Source of the DNA: a virus
Strand: one strand, 5' to 3'
IMG/VR virus record: IMGVR_UViG_3300017735_000002
DNA length: 64,000 nt
Part shown: positions 1 to 9,981 of the stretch, one piece after another
How positions within the stretch are numbered: the first letter of the stretch is position 1
Layout: each line of letters begins with the position of its first letter
Made by a program: the position numbers and the translations under genes
The notes under the pieces: generated by a model
What the model saw: the letters and a program-made list of their open reading frames with translations, nothing else
Databases searched by the model: none
Told to the model about the DNA's origin: nothing

Positions 1-2
1 CT

Positions 3-1241
3 CAGAAGATATACATAGGTCTACTACCCTACATTGACGAGTTTTGTAGAGAAAGAGGATTCGACTTCGAAGGCATAGAAGATGTAATAGGAGTAAAAGA
101 AAGAGATGAGTCGAATAAGATAAACGAATGGATTGACCTCCTTGACTTACCCTTTAATCCTAGAGATTACCAACTCGAAGCATTTAAAACTGCAATACAG
201 TATGGTAGACAACTTCTTTTGTCTCCTACGGCGTCTGGCAAGTCTCTAATCATCTATATGTTGGCAAGATACTATGATAAGAAAACAATCATAATTGTAC
301 CCACTACATCACTCGTAGAACAAATGGCGAAAGACTTTGAAGAATATGGATATAAAGAAAGAGTATGCAAAATATATAGTGGTCAAGAAGTATTCGATGC
401 ACCAATTACAGTCACAACATGGCAGAGTTTCGCCAAGGCACCTAAAGAAGTAATGCAATCATTCGATATGGTTATCGGAGATGAGGCACATCTATTCAAG
501 GCACAAACACTCAAAGGCATCTTAGAGAAGATGAAAACTACTGCAATCAGAATAGGTCTAACAGGTACACTAGACGGAACAGAAGTACATAGATTACAAC
601 TAGAAGGACTATTTGGTCCTGTAAAGAAAGTAGTATCGTCATACCAACTCATGGAAGAAGGCACAATTGCAAATTTGAATATTGATTGTGTCATACTCCG
701 TCATACTAAACAAAAGAAAATGTCCTATCAAGATGAGATGGACTACTTAGTATCGCATGAAAATAGAAATGAATTTATATGTAATCTAGTATATTCACTG
801 AAAGGTAATACTTTAGTGTTGTTTCAGTATGTAGAGAAACATGGAGTCTTACTACATAAAAAAATGTTTGATAGATTAGGAGATAAACTACATTATGTAT
901 TCGGTGGTACAGATGTAGAAGATAGAGAGAATGTAAGAGAAGTCGTAGAAAAGGCAAGTGATAATGTCATACTGGCGTCATACGGAACATTCTCAACAGG
1001 CGTAAACATTAAGAAGATAGATAATGTAGTATTCGCATCACCGTCAAAATCAAGAATAAGAAACTTACAGTCTATTGGTCGTGGTCTTCGTAAGGCAGAA
1101 GGTAAGACTGAGATGAGGTTATTTGATATTGCAGATGATTTACAATGTGAAAATCATACGCTAAACCACCTTAAGGAAAGGATAAATATATACAATGAGG
1201 AGAACTTTTCTTACGAACTAAAACAATTTGACCTTAAATGA
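3..1241 (+). CDS. uvsW: UvsW DNA helicase (5' end cut by window edge)
   Basis: Frame is open from base 3 (QKIYIGLLPY...PRDYQ...SPTASGKS); SF2 motifs GDEAH, GLTGT, STGVNI, QSIGRGLR; sits upstream of gp55 as in T4-like phages. Confidence 0.93.
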   Translation, partial: QKIYIGLLPYIDEFCRERGFDFEGIEDVIGVKERDESNKINEWIDLLDLPFNPRDYQLEAFKTAIQYGRQLLLSPTASGKSLIIYMLARYYDKKTIIIVPTTSLVEQMAKDFEEYGYKERVCKIYSGQEVFDAPITVTTWQSFAKAPKEVMQSFDMVIGDEAHLFKAQTLKGILEKMKTTAIRIGLTGTLDGTEVHRLQLEGLFGPVKKVVSSYQLMEEGTIANLNIDCVILRHTKQKKMSYQDEMDYLVSHENRNEFICNLVYSLKGNTLVLFQYVEKHGVLLHKKMFDRLGDKLHYVFGGTDVEDRENVREVVEKASDNVILASYGTFSTGVNIKKIDNVVFASPSKSRIRNLQSIGRGLRKAEGKTEMRLFDIADDLQCENHTLNHLKERINIYNEENFSYELKQFDLK

Positions 1242-1705
1242 CAAGACCAACAGATTTAACACCAAGTAGATACGAAGTTATAAGACTCAAAGACAGTACA
1301 GAACTTGTCGGTATGACAAAGGATTGTGGTGATTACTTAGAAATAACTTTACCCATGATATGTCAATTATCTCTCATACCAGGAATTGCAAAAACAAATG
1401 CAGTTTTCTATCCATACTCACCCTTGAGTTCAGATGAGAGAGTACAATTACCTAAGACTGAGGTTGTTCATAGAAATACTATGAACCCACAATTTATTCC
1501 CTATTATGATAATGCATCGGCAAGATGGTTTGATATGATTGAAAATCAGAGTGTGCCACTTGCAACAGCAGAAGAGAATAAAGTAAGAGATAACCTACAA
1601 AGAAAGATGCAAGAGATGATGACTTCATATAGAGAAGACATTGCCTTTGAAGAAGAACTTGAAGATTTCGATGAAGACTTCGATATCGAAAAAACAATTC
1701 ATTAG
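1238..1705 (+). CDS. hypothetical protein, acidic C-terminus
   Basis: 155-aa ORF, ATGA overlap with uvsW stop, between uvsW and gp55. Confidence 0.75.
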   Translation: MTRPTDLTPSRYEVIRLKDSTELVGMTKDCGDYLEITLPMICQLSLIPGIAKTNAVFYPYSPLSSDERVQLPKTEVVHRNTMNPQFIPYYDNASARWFDMIENQSVPLATAEENKVRDNLQRKMQEMMTSYREDIAFEEELEDFDEDFDIEKTIH

Positions 1706-1717
1706 GTTTTCAATTTA

Positions 1718-1725
1718 ACTAAATA
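1718..1725 (+). promoter_or_regulatory. late (gp55-type) promoter ACTAAATA
   Basis: Variant of T4 late consensus TATAAATA in intergenic DNA. Confidence 0.5.
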
Positions 1726-1790
1726 AGTGCGTATAACGAGTAGTTATATGCATTTATCATTATTATTAATATTATTAAACTGGAGAAACC

Positions 1791-1952
1791 ATGTCAACTG
1801 CAATTAGAATTGCGAAGAGCATGGTGGGACGATTCGAAGACCTGAAAGAAGTGCTACCCAGCATCATAGAAGCAATTGAGTTTATGACACTATTGACTCT
1901 TCCTGTTTTATTACCTTGGATTATTATATTCATGTCGAAAGGCATCGTGTAA
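1791..1952 (+). CDS. small membrane protein (53 aa)
   Basis: GGAG RBS, MSTAIRIAKS...LLTLPVLLPWIIIFMSKGIV*; below ORF-track cutoff. Confidence 0.65.
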   Translation: MSTAIRIAKSMVGRFEDLKEVLPSIIEAIEFMTLLTLPVLLPWIIIFMSKGIV

Positions 1953-1954
1953 GA

Positions 1955-2053
1955 ATGTCAAAGAGAACCACAGAAAAACTTAAGGACGCAACAGAGGTGG
2001 CAACACTTCTGTTCGTCTTTATTATATCAATCGTATCACTAGTACCACAATGA
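1955..2053 (+). CDS. very small membrane protein (32 aa)
   Basis: MSKRTTEKLKDATEVATLLFVFIISIVSLVPQ*; fills gap exactly, ATGA overlap with next ORF. Confidence 0.5.
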   Translation: MSKRTTEKLKDATEVATLLFVFIISIVSLVPQ

Positions 2054-2256
2054 GTTATCAACACCAACTTCCACTCGCACTAAATAAAAATAGAGATGCA
2101 ACTCCTGAAGAAGTTCAGAAGTGGCACGAAGATGATTTCTTTATGAAAGGGGATTTTGATGCTATGAAACTTTTCGTAGTCATACCCGCCGTCATACAGA
2201 TAGTCGTATTTGGAATGATGTTAGTTATGTTTTATGTCAATAGTATCGTATTTTAG
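2050..2256 (+). CDS. small membrane protein (68 aa)
   Basis: C-terminal hydrophobic helix LFVVIPAVIQIVVFGMMLVMFYV. Confidence 0.65.
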   Translation: MSYQHQLPLALNKNRDATPEEVQKWHEDDFFMKGDFDAMKLFVVIPAVIQIVVFGMMLVMFYVNSIVF

Positions 2257-2410
2257 AACAACTCTTAAACTTTTACTAGGATTAGGAAAAGAGGAAGACG
2301 AGTTTGCTGTAACCTATCTAAATGTATTGATAATTGCAATATTGGTAGGGAGTATCTTTACTGTTATACCAGGATTACTTCTTATATGGATCCTGACCCT
2401 GGCGACATAG
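2234..2410 (+). CDS. small membrane protein (58 aa)
   Basis: MSIVSYFRTTLKLLLGLGKEEDEFAVTYLNVLIIAILVGSIFTVIPGLLLIWILTLAT*. Confidence 0.5.
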   Translation: MSIVSYFRTTLKLLLGLGKEEDEFAVTYLNVLIIAILVGSIFTVIPGLLLIWILTLAT

Positions 2411-2525
2411 TTATCTTAACATACTATTCCTGATTCCCACAAGGGGGTTTTGAAATTAATTTTAAATTAATTAACTTAAAAAACCACTATCCTTACAACA
2501 ACTAACCTAGTATAATAAGTACATC

Positions 2526-3068
2526 ATGGCAAAAAACGCAAAACAACAAGAACACTATGTCAACAACAAAGAGTTCACAGCAGCTGTCGCCGAGTTCAAC
2601 GCAAGTGTAAAACTCGCCGAAGAAGAGGGTAGAACCCCTCCACAAATGTCAAACTACATAGGAGAGTGTATCTATAAGATTGCTACTCGACTATCTACTA
2701 GACCAAATTTCATAAACTACACCTACAGAGATGAAATGATATGCGATGGCATAGAAAATTGCATACAGTATATCAAAAACTTCAATGTAGAAAAATCAAA
2801 CAATGCTTTTGCTTATATAACGCAAATTTGCTACTACGCTTTCTTAAGAAGGATACAGAAAGAAAAGAAACAAGTTTACATTAAGCAACAAGTCATATCA
2901 GACATAACACAAGAAACACTGGATTCCATAGACGGCGATACAACTGGAATGGTCAATACCAATGTAGAGTGGATGCAAGACAACATGAATCATGTTGAGT
3001 ATCAACCACGAAAAACTAAAAGAGAAAAAACAAAGAAAGAAAAAGGTCTGGATAAATTTACTGAATGA
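2526..3068 (+). CDS. gp55: late-transcription sigma factor gp55
   Basis: HYVNNKEF, RPNFINYTYRDEMICDGIENC, AFAYITQICYYAFLRRIQKEKKQ motifs. Confidence 0.95.
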   Translation: MAKNAKQQEHYVNNKEFTAAVAEFNASVKLAEEEGRTPPQMSNYIGECIYKIATRLSTRPNFINYTYRDEMICDGIENCIQYIKNFNVEKSNNAFAYITQICYYAFLRRIQKEKKQVYIKQQVISDITQETLDSIDGDTTGMVNTNVEWMQDNMNHVEYQPRKTKREKTKKEKGLDKFTE

Positions 3069-4132
3069 AAATAGCGATTCTTAACGACACACATGCTGGT
3101 GTTCGTGGCGATATGTTGGAGATGTCCAAATATCAAGGCAGATTCTATGAGGAAGTATTCTTCCCATACTTAGATGAACACGACATCAAACACATATTAC
3201 ACTTGGGCGATTACTTCGACAGAAGAAAGTTTGTAAACTTCGCCTCTCTAAAAGCAAATAGAGACCACTTCATCAATCCAATGTTAGAGAGAGGCATCTC
3301 TATGGATTTGATATTGGGTAATCATGATGTCTACTATAAGAATACGAATGAAGTAAATGCACCAGAGTTATTACTATTCGAAAGTGATTCGATTAATATC
3401 ATACATCATCCCATTGTAAAAGAATTTGACGGAGTTAATCTTGCACTTGTTCCTTGGATTAATAATGAGAACTATGCCGATAGTATAGATTTTCTACTCA
3501 GTGCAAATGCAGATACATGTATGGGTCACTTTGAAATTGAAGGTGCATTGATGATGCCAGGCATGACATGTCAACATGGTCTAGACCACACATATCTAAA
3601 ACGATTTGATAAAGTTTATAGTGGTCACTTTCATCAAAAGTCTGAAGTTAAGAACATCAAGTATCTAGGTTCTCAAATGGAATTCACATGGTCAGATTAT
3701 GGAGATAACAAATACTTCCATATCTTTGATACTGAAACTAGAGAGATGGAACCAATACACAATCCTTTGACGATGTTCGAGAAAGTATTTTACGATGATA
3801 GTAAAGAGACATTTGAAACAATCAGTAATAAAGATTATTCAAAGTACACAGGTAAATTCTGTAAAGTTATCGTAGTAAACAAAGACAATCCATACTGGTT
3901 CGATTCGATGGTCGATAAATTACATTCTGCTAATCCTTTGCATGTTGTAGTTGTAGATGACCACAAACATATGGACTTAATGGACGATGATGATATTGAG
4001 GGTGTAGAAGACACTCTTACAATATTAGAGAAGTATGTAGACGGTCTTGAGATACAAGGTCAGAAAAAACCACTTCTCGAATTAATGACTTCGTTGTATA
4101 ATGAAGCACTTGAAGAACATAACTATCTATGA
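3065..4132 (+). CDS. gp47: recombination endonuclease gp47 (Mre11/SbcD-like)
   Basis: Metallophosphoesterase motifs NDTH, LGDYFD, GNHD, GHFE, SGHFH. Confidence 0.95.
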   Translation: MKIAILNDTHAGVRGDMLEMSKYQGRFYEEVFFPYLDEHDIKHILHLGDYFDRRKFVNFASLKANRDHFINPMLERGISMDLILGNHDVYYKNTNEVNAPELLLFESDSINIIHHPIVKEFDGVNLALVPWINNENYADSIDFLLSANADTCMGHFEIEGALMMPGMTCQHGLDHTYLKRFDKVYSGHFHQKSEVKNIKYLGSQMEFTWSDYGDNKYFHIFDTETREMEPIHNPLTMFEKVFYDDSKETFETISNKDYSKYTGKFCKVIVVNKDNPYWFDSMVDKLHSANPLHVVVVDDHKHMDLMDDDDIEGVEDTLTILEKYVDGLEIQGQKKPLLELMTSLYNEALEEHNYL

Positions 4133-5847
4133 TTAATTTTACTAAGATACGATACAAGAATTTGTTATCGTCTGGAAACACATTTACAAACTTTGACCTA
4201 GACAGGTCGCAAACAACATTGATTGTTGGAGACAATGGTGCAGGTAAATCTACCTTATTAGATGCATTATGTTTTGTTCTATATGGAAAAGGATTTCGTA
4301 ATCTAAAAAAAGACCTATTAGTAAACTCTATTAATCAGAAAGACTTATTAGTAGAGATAGAATTTACAGTTGGTAGAAAATCATACAAAGTTATAAGAGG
4401 TGCTAAACCAAATAAGTTTGAGTTATATGTCAATGGTACAATGCTCAATCAAGATGCAACAGTTAGAGATTATCAAGAACACTTAGAGAAGAACATTCTA
4501 AAGATGTCCTTTCGTTCATTTACTCAAGTTGCAGTATTGGGTTCTGCTAACTTTACTCCTTTTATGCAGTTGAAGTCAGTAGAGAGAAGAAGACTAGTAG
4601 AAGACTTACTAGACATTAGTATCTTCTCTACCATGCAAGATATACTTAAGAAGAAAGTCACCCAACACAATATAGATGTCAGAGAAACTAAACACGAAAC
4701 AGAATTACTAGAAGAAAGAATTAGTGGTCTTAATGAACAGATGAGTCTACTACAAAAGAATCGTGACAAGAAGATTGCGAAGTATGAAAATACAATACAA
4801 GAAACTCAGAATAACATAAATTCTGTTATGAAAAGTATTGGTGTAAAACAAGGCGAAGTAAAAGATAAACAGAAGTCCATATCAGATAGAGACCCACAAG
4901 GAGATAGACTCAAACAAGCTTTAGATGTAGAGAAGAGACTTGAAGATTCTCAGAAAAAGGCACTTAAAGAAATTGAGTTCTATCAAAACAACGATGATTG
5001 TCCAGTATGTAAACAAGGATTAGATGAAGACCACAAGACGAAATGCATTAAAGAAAAATCAGATAAGGTTGCAGAGCTCAAGACGGCAGTTCTTTCAATT
5101 GGAGAAACCATTGAAGCATCCAGAAATAGAATGGCGGAAATACAAACAGTCATCGGAGAAATAGAAGAGATTCAAAGAAAGATTGGATTACATCAAACAG
5201 AAGTTTTATCTAATCAGAAGTACATAGAAAAACTCAATGGCGAAGTAAAGGATTTACAAAGTGAGATTAATGCTGACTCTGGCGTAAGTGATAGACTTAC
5301 AAGTGCTGAAGATGATTTAGATAAACTACATACTAAGAAAGAAAGTCTAACAGATAGACAACATTACTTTGACCTTGCAACAACTCTATTGAGAGACCAA
5401 GGTGTAAGACAAAGAATCATCAAACAGTATGTACCAGTAATGAACAAGATGATTAACAAGTATCTTGCAAATTTAGAATTCTATGTTGGATTTGAATTGA
5501 ATGAATCATTCGAAGAAACAATCAAGTCCAGATTTAGAGATGTGTTTAAGTATGATAACTTCTCACAAGGAGAGAAGATGAGAATTGACCTTTCGTTGTT
5601 GTTCACATGGAGAGCAGTCGCAAGAATTAAAAACTCAGTAAACACCAACATACTTATACTAGACGAGGTGTTTGATTCTTCTTTAGATTCCCAGGGTACA
5701 GATGATTTCTTGAAATTACTGAACTCACTGAATGAGAAGACAAATGCATTTATTATCTCCCATAAAGGAGACCAACTATATGATAAGTTTGAAGAAGTGG
5801 TTCGATTTGAGAAACACAAGAACTTCAGCCGTATCGCAATTTCATAA
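4129..5847 (+). CDS. gp46: recombination ATPase gp46 (Rad50/SbcC-like)
   Basis: Walker A GDNGAGKS, zinc hook CPVC, signature FSQGE, Walker B ILDEVFD, coiled coil. Confidence 0.95.
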   Translation: MINFTKIRYKNLLSSGNTFTNFDLDRSQTTLIVGDNGAGKSTLLDALCFVLYGKGFRNLKKDLLVNSINQKDLLVEIEFTVGRKSYKVIRGAKPNKFELYVNGTMLNQDATVRDYQEHLEKNILKMSFRSFTQVAVLGSANFTPFMQLKSVERRRLVEDLLDISIFSTMQDILKKKVTQHNIDVRETKHETELLEERISGLNEQMSLLQKNRDKKIAKYENTIQETQNNINSVMKSIGVKQGEVKDKQKSISDRDPQGDRLKQALDVEKRLEDSQKKALKEIEFYQNNDDCPVCKQGLDEDHKTKCIKEKSDKVAELKTAVLSIGETIEASRNRMAEIQTVIGEIEEIQRKIGLHQTEVLSNQKYIEKLNGEVKDLQSEINADSGVSDRLTSAEDDLDKLHTKKESLTDRQHYFDLATTLLRDQGVRQRIIKQYVPVMNKMINKYLANLEFYVGFELNESFEETIKSRFRDVFKYDNFSQGEKMRIDLSLLFTWRAVARIKNSVNTNILILDEVFDSSLDSQGTDDFLKLLNSLNEKTNAFIISHKGDQLYDKFEEVVRFEKHKNFSRIAIS

Positions 5848-5850
5848 ATA
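5843..5850 (+). promoter_or_regulatory. late promoter CATAAATA
   Basis: 5 nt upstream of def ATG, no Shine-Dalgarno in between. Confidence 0.55.
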
Positions 5851-5855
5851 AAACT

Positions 5856-6491
5856 ATGTATCAATTAATAGAAGAAGCATCACAAGTATTAAGAACTCCA
5901 CCTCCGGAGTTTGACTTTGAAAATCCACCAGAAGACCCAGCAGAAATTACCAAGAACTTGGCAGAAGCAATGGAGAAGTTTGGTGGTTTAGGTCTATCGG
6001 CAAATCAAGTTGGTTTACCGTATAGATTGTTTGTTATGAGAACTATGCACGAGGGTGACGAAGAGTCTAAAGTTCTTCCTTATTTCAACCCTAAGTTGAC
6101 TAGAGTATCTCAAGACACGGACTTAATGAAAGAAGGTTGTCTATCCTTTCCAGATTTATTCTTAATGATTAAAAGGTCAAAGACAATCGAATTTACATAT
6201 CAAGATGAAACAGGTGAAGAGAAAAGTGCTGTACTAGAAGGCATAGGTGCAAGATGTGTTCAACACGAAATTGACCACTTGAACGGTATACTATTTTTAC
6301 AGAGAGCATCTAGATTAAAACTTGAACGAGCTCAAAAGGCAAGAGTAAAAGAAAGAAAGAAGAGGTTAGAGTATGAAAGAAGAATTGCACTCGCAAGATA
6401 CTTCCAAGAAATGCAATCCACCAAAGATGATTCAGAATCTAATGACACAGGAACAGTGTCAACAGATGATAGAGTTTCACAAGAGTCATAG
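5856..6491 (+). CDS. def: peptide deformylase with charged C-terminal extension
   Basis: GLGLSANQVG, EGCLS, QHEIDHLNG motifs. Confidence 0.93.
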   Translation: MYQLIEEASQVLRTPPPEFDFENPPEDPAEITKNLAEAMEKFGGLGLSANQVGLPYRLFVMRTMHEGDEESKVLPYFNPKLTRVSQDTDLMKEGCLSFPDLFLMIKRSKTIEFTYQDETGEEKSAVLEGIGARCVQHEIDHLNGILFLQRASRLKLERAQKARVKERKKRLEYERRIALARYFQEMQSTKDDSESNDTGTVSTDDRVSQES

Positions 6492-7008
6492 ACACTTAAC
6501 AGCAATTGGTGATGGGTCTGATTACACAGGTATCAGACTTATGCATATTCAGAATAATTTAATAAGAAAATGGATTGCCGAAGTCATGGTCAATCTCATA
6601 GGCGAAATAAGAAAGATATCAGACCAAGTTGTATTTCCTGAAATGGTGGGTATTAATGAATGGCCAATAGGCGGAGTTCAAGCACCACATTTAGATACAT
6701 ATTCAAATCAACAGATGAACGCCGGAACACACGAAGAGAAACCTGCTAGAGAATGGACTTGTATTCTTTATCTCAATGATAATTTTAAGGGTGGTAGAAC
6801 TTATATACCAGACGGAGAAGTATACGAACCAGAAACAGGTTCAGGCCTTTTATTTCAAGGCATCTACATTCCACATGGTGTTGAGAAAGTTAGAAGACAC
6901 CCACGACATACAGTCGCAATGTGGTTCACCACAGACATCGATAGAACCATGCCTTTATATCCAGTCGATGACCTAAATCTAAACGAAGACAATATTCGAA
7001 ATACCTAG
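6373..7008 (+). CDS. 2OG-Fe(II) oxygenase (prolyl-4-hydroxylase-like)
   Basis: HxD (PHLD), CILYLNDNFKGGRT, distal H (PHGV) and R; GAGG RBS before 6373. Confidence 0.85.
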   Translation: MKEELHSQDTSKKCNPPKMIQNLMTQEQCQQMIEFHKSHRHLTAIGDGSDYTGIRLMHIQNNLIRKWIAEVMVNLIGEIRKISDQVVFPEMVGINEWPIGGVQAPHLDTYSNQQMNAGTHEEKPAREWTCILYLNDNFKGGRTYIPDGEVYEPETGSGLLFQGIYIPHGVEKVRRHPRHTVAMWFTTDIDRTMPLYPVDDLNLNEDNIRNT

Positions 7009-7041
7009 GGGTTGACAGCGACCCTAACTTTTTGTTACCAT
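7006..7041 (+). promoter_or_regulatory. repeated early promoter cassette, copy 1
   Basis: TAGGGG TTGACA gcgaccctaactttttgt TACCAT; 18-bp spacer. Confidence 0.75.
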
Positions 7042-7067
7042 ACTCCTGAATCAAAAAAGGAGAAGAA

Positions 7068-7256
7068 ATGGGACATCCAACAGAAACACAAATAATGAAT
7101 AAACTCATAGAGATTGGAGACAATCTTGAGAGCAAGCTCAATCAATTAGAATCTTTAATAGACAGTATAGATTCCAAAGTCAGTTCACTTGAAAGTGATG
7201 TGGGTTCAATCGAATCAATCGTAAACAGTATCGAATCAACAGTAGACAACCTGTAG
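7068..7256 (+). CDS. small coiled-coil protein
   Basis: GGAG RBS; heptad pattern LESKLNQLESLIDSIDSKVSSLESDVGSIESIVNSIESTVDNL. Confidence 0.7.
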   Translation: MGHPTETQIMNKLIEIGDNLESKLNQLESLIDSIDSKVSSLESDVGSIESIVNSIESTVDNL

Positions 7257-7289
7257 GGGTTGACAATGACCTTCACTTTTTAGTAGGAT
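7254..7289 (+). promoter_or_regulatory. repeated early promoter cassette, copy 2
   Basis: TAGGGG TTGACA atgaccttcactttttag TAGGAT; ATG follows 6 nt after -10. Confidence 0.8.
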
Positions 7290-7295
7290 ATAAAC

Positions 7296-9674
7296 ATGAC
7301 AGAAAAACTTAAAAACCAAAAAGACTCTCTCGCAAGATTAATGGCAACAGAAAATCTTACGATTGTACATAAAAAAATACCGACTGCATACTTTGATGTT
7401 AAGAATAGGGTACTTGCTTGTCCTACTTTCAAAGATGATATTTCTCCTGAACTATATGACTTGTTCATGGGACACGAAGTTGGTCATGCACTGAATACTC
7501 CTTACGAGGGACTTCACTCTACACTAACTGAGAATAGAACTCTTAAGGGTTATCTTAATGTTGTAGAAGATGTGAGAATCGAAAAGGCAATCAAACAAAA
7601 ATATCAAGGGTTGAGAACTTCTTTCTTTAAGGCATACAATGAACTTATGGAAAAAAACTTCTTCGGCATCAAGGGTAGAAACTTACAAGAACTTGCATTG
7701 ATTGACAAAATCAATCTTATTACTAAGTGTGGTTCTAGAGTCAACATCAAACTAAATGACACCGAACAAGAATTCTTGCAAATGGCAGAAGACTGTAAGA
7801 CTTGGGAAGAAGTTGTTGAATGTGCAAATTCAATCTACGAATACTCTAAAGAAAATGAAGAGAGAGATGAAGAAGACGAAAAACTTTCTAAGATGCAAAT
7901 ACCTGAATCAGAAGATGGCGATGAAGAAGACGAGACTGAATCATCTCCAATGAGTGGTGAAGAGTCAGATGATGAACCAGAGAGTGAAGAAGAAGAATAC
8001 AAATCAAATACAGAGGGTGACATAGAAGAAGAGGGTGATAAAGTTGAAGAGACTCTTGTAGAATCTGGCGCCAAGGGTGGCAAGTTCGATGGCAAATATG
8101 ATGAATTAGATGGCGCCAGAGAGTCAATCACTGAACACTATGCACATAATAATGAAGATGATTTTGTTGACGAAAAGGCAAACATCAAAACTAATATTGA
8201 TTTGAGAACTAGATTCAAAAGTACTGATATAGATGCAATGATTTATGACAACAAACAAATTACATCTGATTGGCAGAGTTGGTTTGCTGGTGTTGACTAT
8301 GACAAGTTGATAAAAGAAGACCCAAGATACTACACTGAAGAGAGAAAACAAGAAACTGTCAACGAGAGAAGTAATACTTTAGTTCTTGGTAAACATTACA
8401 GAAAACATCTTCAAAACAAAAACAAAAAGATTGTTGCCCATATGGCAAAAGAGTTTGAGTTAAGACAAAATGCACATAGAAGTGCAAAGGCATATACAGG
8501 CACTAGTGGTGACCTTGATATGAATAGACTTGCTAAGTATCAGATTGTAGATGATATCTTCAAAAGAGTCACTTACATTCCAGATGGCAAGAACCATGGT
8601 GTCAATGTTTTACTTGACTGGTCTGGTTCTATTCACAACGAAGCTGCTGACATGTTAGAACAATCAATTATACTTTCAGAGTTCTGTAGAAAAGTAAACA
8701 TTCCTTACAGAGTATATCTCTTCTCAGATTCTATTGTAAGACAAGACAGATATGACTACTCAAGTGGCAAGGCAAAACTTGTTGAGATTATGTCTAACGA
8801 AATATCTAATAGAAAATATTCAGAGATGTTAGATTACTTATCTTGTATCCTTGTTGGGTACATGCACAATGAACTTCATGATTGCTGGGCTGGTTCACCG
8901 AAAGGTCAGAAACTAATCGAAGAGTACAATTCAGTATTCAGTTCTATTCAAGAATGGGAATCAGGTACTTCATATTGGGGTGATTCAAGATTCTCAAGAT
9001 ACTGCTGTCCTGATAATTACAGATTGGGTGGTACACCACTTGACGAATGTTTAGTTGCTATGAGAAAATTCTTACCAGAGTTCAACAGACAGTATGGTAT
9101 TGAGAAATCAATTCTAACAATCATCACCGATGGGTTCAGTTTCAGAAGTGACTTCTTTGACGAATCAGAAGTTGAGTCTGCTGACTATAAGGCTCAGGCA
9201 GGCGATGATTACTACTGGTCTGCTCAGAGAGAGAGAAGTTTCATTGACCCATACATCAACAAGAACTTCCTTTACACGACTAATTCAAGATATGGTAGAA
9301 ACGACTTCGAGAAAACTCAAAACATCTTAGAGTGGTTATCAGAAACTTGTAATGTGACCGTGACTGGTTACTTTGTCTTCACCAAGAAAAGAGACTTTCA
9401 ACAAATGGGTGAATACATTATACCAAACTTTTGGGAAGAAGTTGATGGGTTGTGGAGAGATATGAGAAAATCAGGTGTAGTAGTTGACACCAAGGGTTAC
9501 AACAAATTGTTCTTGACCACTGCATCTAATCTTGCTACGACAGGCGAAGATGAACTTGGCGAAGAGTTCATTGGTGCAAACAAAAACAGAGTGACTGCCG
9601 CTTTCAAAAGAAATCAGAAAGGCAAGTCAACATCAAGATTTCTAACTAACGAATTTATAAAGGAGATTGCATAA
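7296..9674 (+). CDS. metallopeptidase-like/VWA-domain protein (CobT-like partner of MoxR ATPase)
   Basis: N-terminal HEVGH, acidic linker, VWA MIDAS motifs LLDWSGS, GGTPL, IITDG. Confidence 0.8.
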   Translation: MTEKLKNQKDSLARLMATENLTIVHKKIPTAYFDVKNRVLACPTFKDDISPELYDLFMGHEVGHALNTPYEGLHSTLTENRTLKGYLNVVEDVRIEKAIKQKYQGLRTSFFKAYNELMEKNFFGIKGRNLQELALIDKINLITKCGSRVNIKLNDTEQEFLQMAEDCKTWEEVVECANSIYEYSKENEERDEEDEKLSKMQIPESEDGDEEDETESSPMSGEESDDEPESEEEEYKSNTEGDIEEEGDKVEETLVESGAKGGKFDGKYDELDGARESITEHYAHNNEDDFVDEKANIKTNIDLRTRFKSTDIDAMIYDNKQITSDWQSWFAGVDYDKLIKEDPRYYTEERKQETVNERSNTLVLGKHYRKHLQNKNKKIVAHMAKEFELRQNAHRSAKAYTGTSGDLDMNRLAKYQIVDDIFKRVTYIPDGKNHGVNVLLDWSGSIHNEAADMLEQSIILSEFCRKVNIPYRVYLFSDSIVRQDRYDYSSGKAKLVEIMSNEISNRKYSEMLDYLSCILVGYMHNELHDCWAGSPKGQKLIEEYNSVFSSIQEWESGTSYWGDSRFSRYCCPDNYRLGGTPLDECLVAMRKFLPEFNRQYGIEKSILTIITDGFSFRSDFFDESEVESADYKAQAGDDYYWSAQRERSFIDPYINKNFLYTTNSRYGRNDFEKTQNILEWLSETCNVTVTGYFVFTKKRDFQQMGEYIIPNFWEEVDGLWRDMRKSGVVVDTKGYNKLFLTTASNLATTGEDELGEEFIGANKNRVTAAFKRNQKGKSTSRFLTNEFIKEIA

Positions 9675-9907
9675 TGGAAATGATAGGTACTATTAATATT
9701 GATAAATTTCAAGACGCCATACAACAGGTCGGTAAAGGACCTTGCGTAAAGTTTGATTGCCCTAGGCAAAAGGCTTGTGGCGAAGAAGAGGTTGAATGTA
9801 AGGCATTTAGGTTTTGGGTTAACAACGACTCATACACCACAATGAGAAAAGGTCAGAAGACCTCTATTGCAATTGACATGGAAAGATTACTAAAAGAAAT
9901 TGAATAG
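9674..9907 (+). CDS. hypothetical protein, Cys-containing
   Basis: 77 aa, TAATG overlap, C-x4-C-x4-C-x6-C. Confidence 0.65.
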   Translation: MEMIGTINIDKFQDAIQQVGKGPCVKFDCPRQKACGEEEVECKAFRFWVNNDSYTTMRKGQKTSIAIDMERLLKEIE

Positions 9908-9939
9908 GGTTGACAATGACCCTAACTTTTTGATAGGAT
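9905..9939 (+). promoter_or_regulatory. repeated early promoter cassette, copy 3
   Basis: TAGGG TTGACA atgaccctaactttttga TAGGAT. Confidence 0.8.
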
Positions 9940-9981
9940 AATAACTGATGAGAAATAAAACTACTTTAACGGAGACAAATT

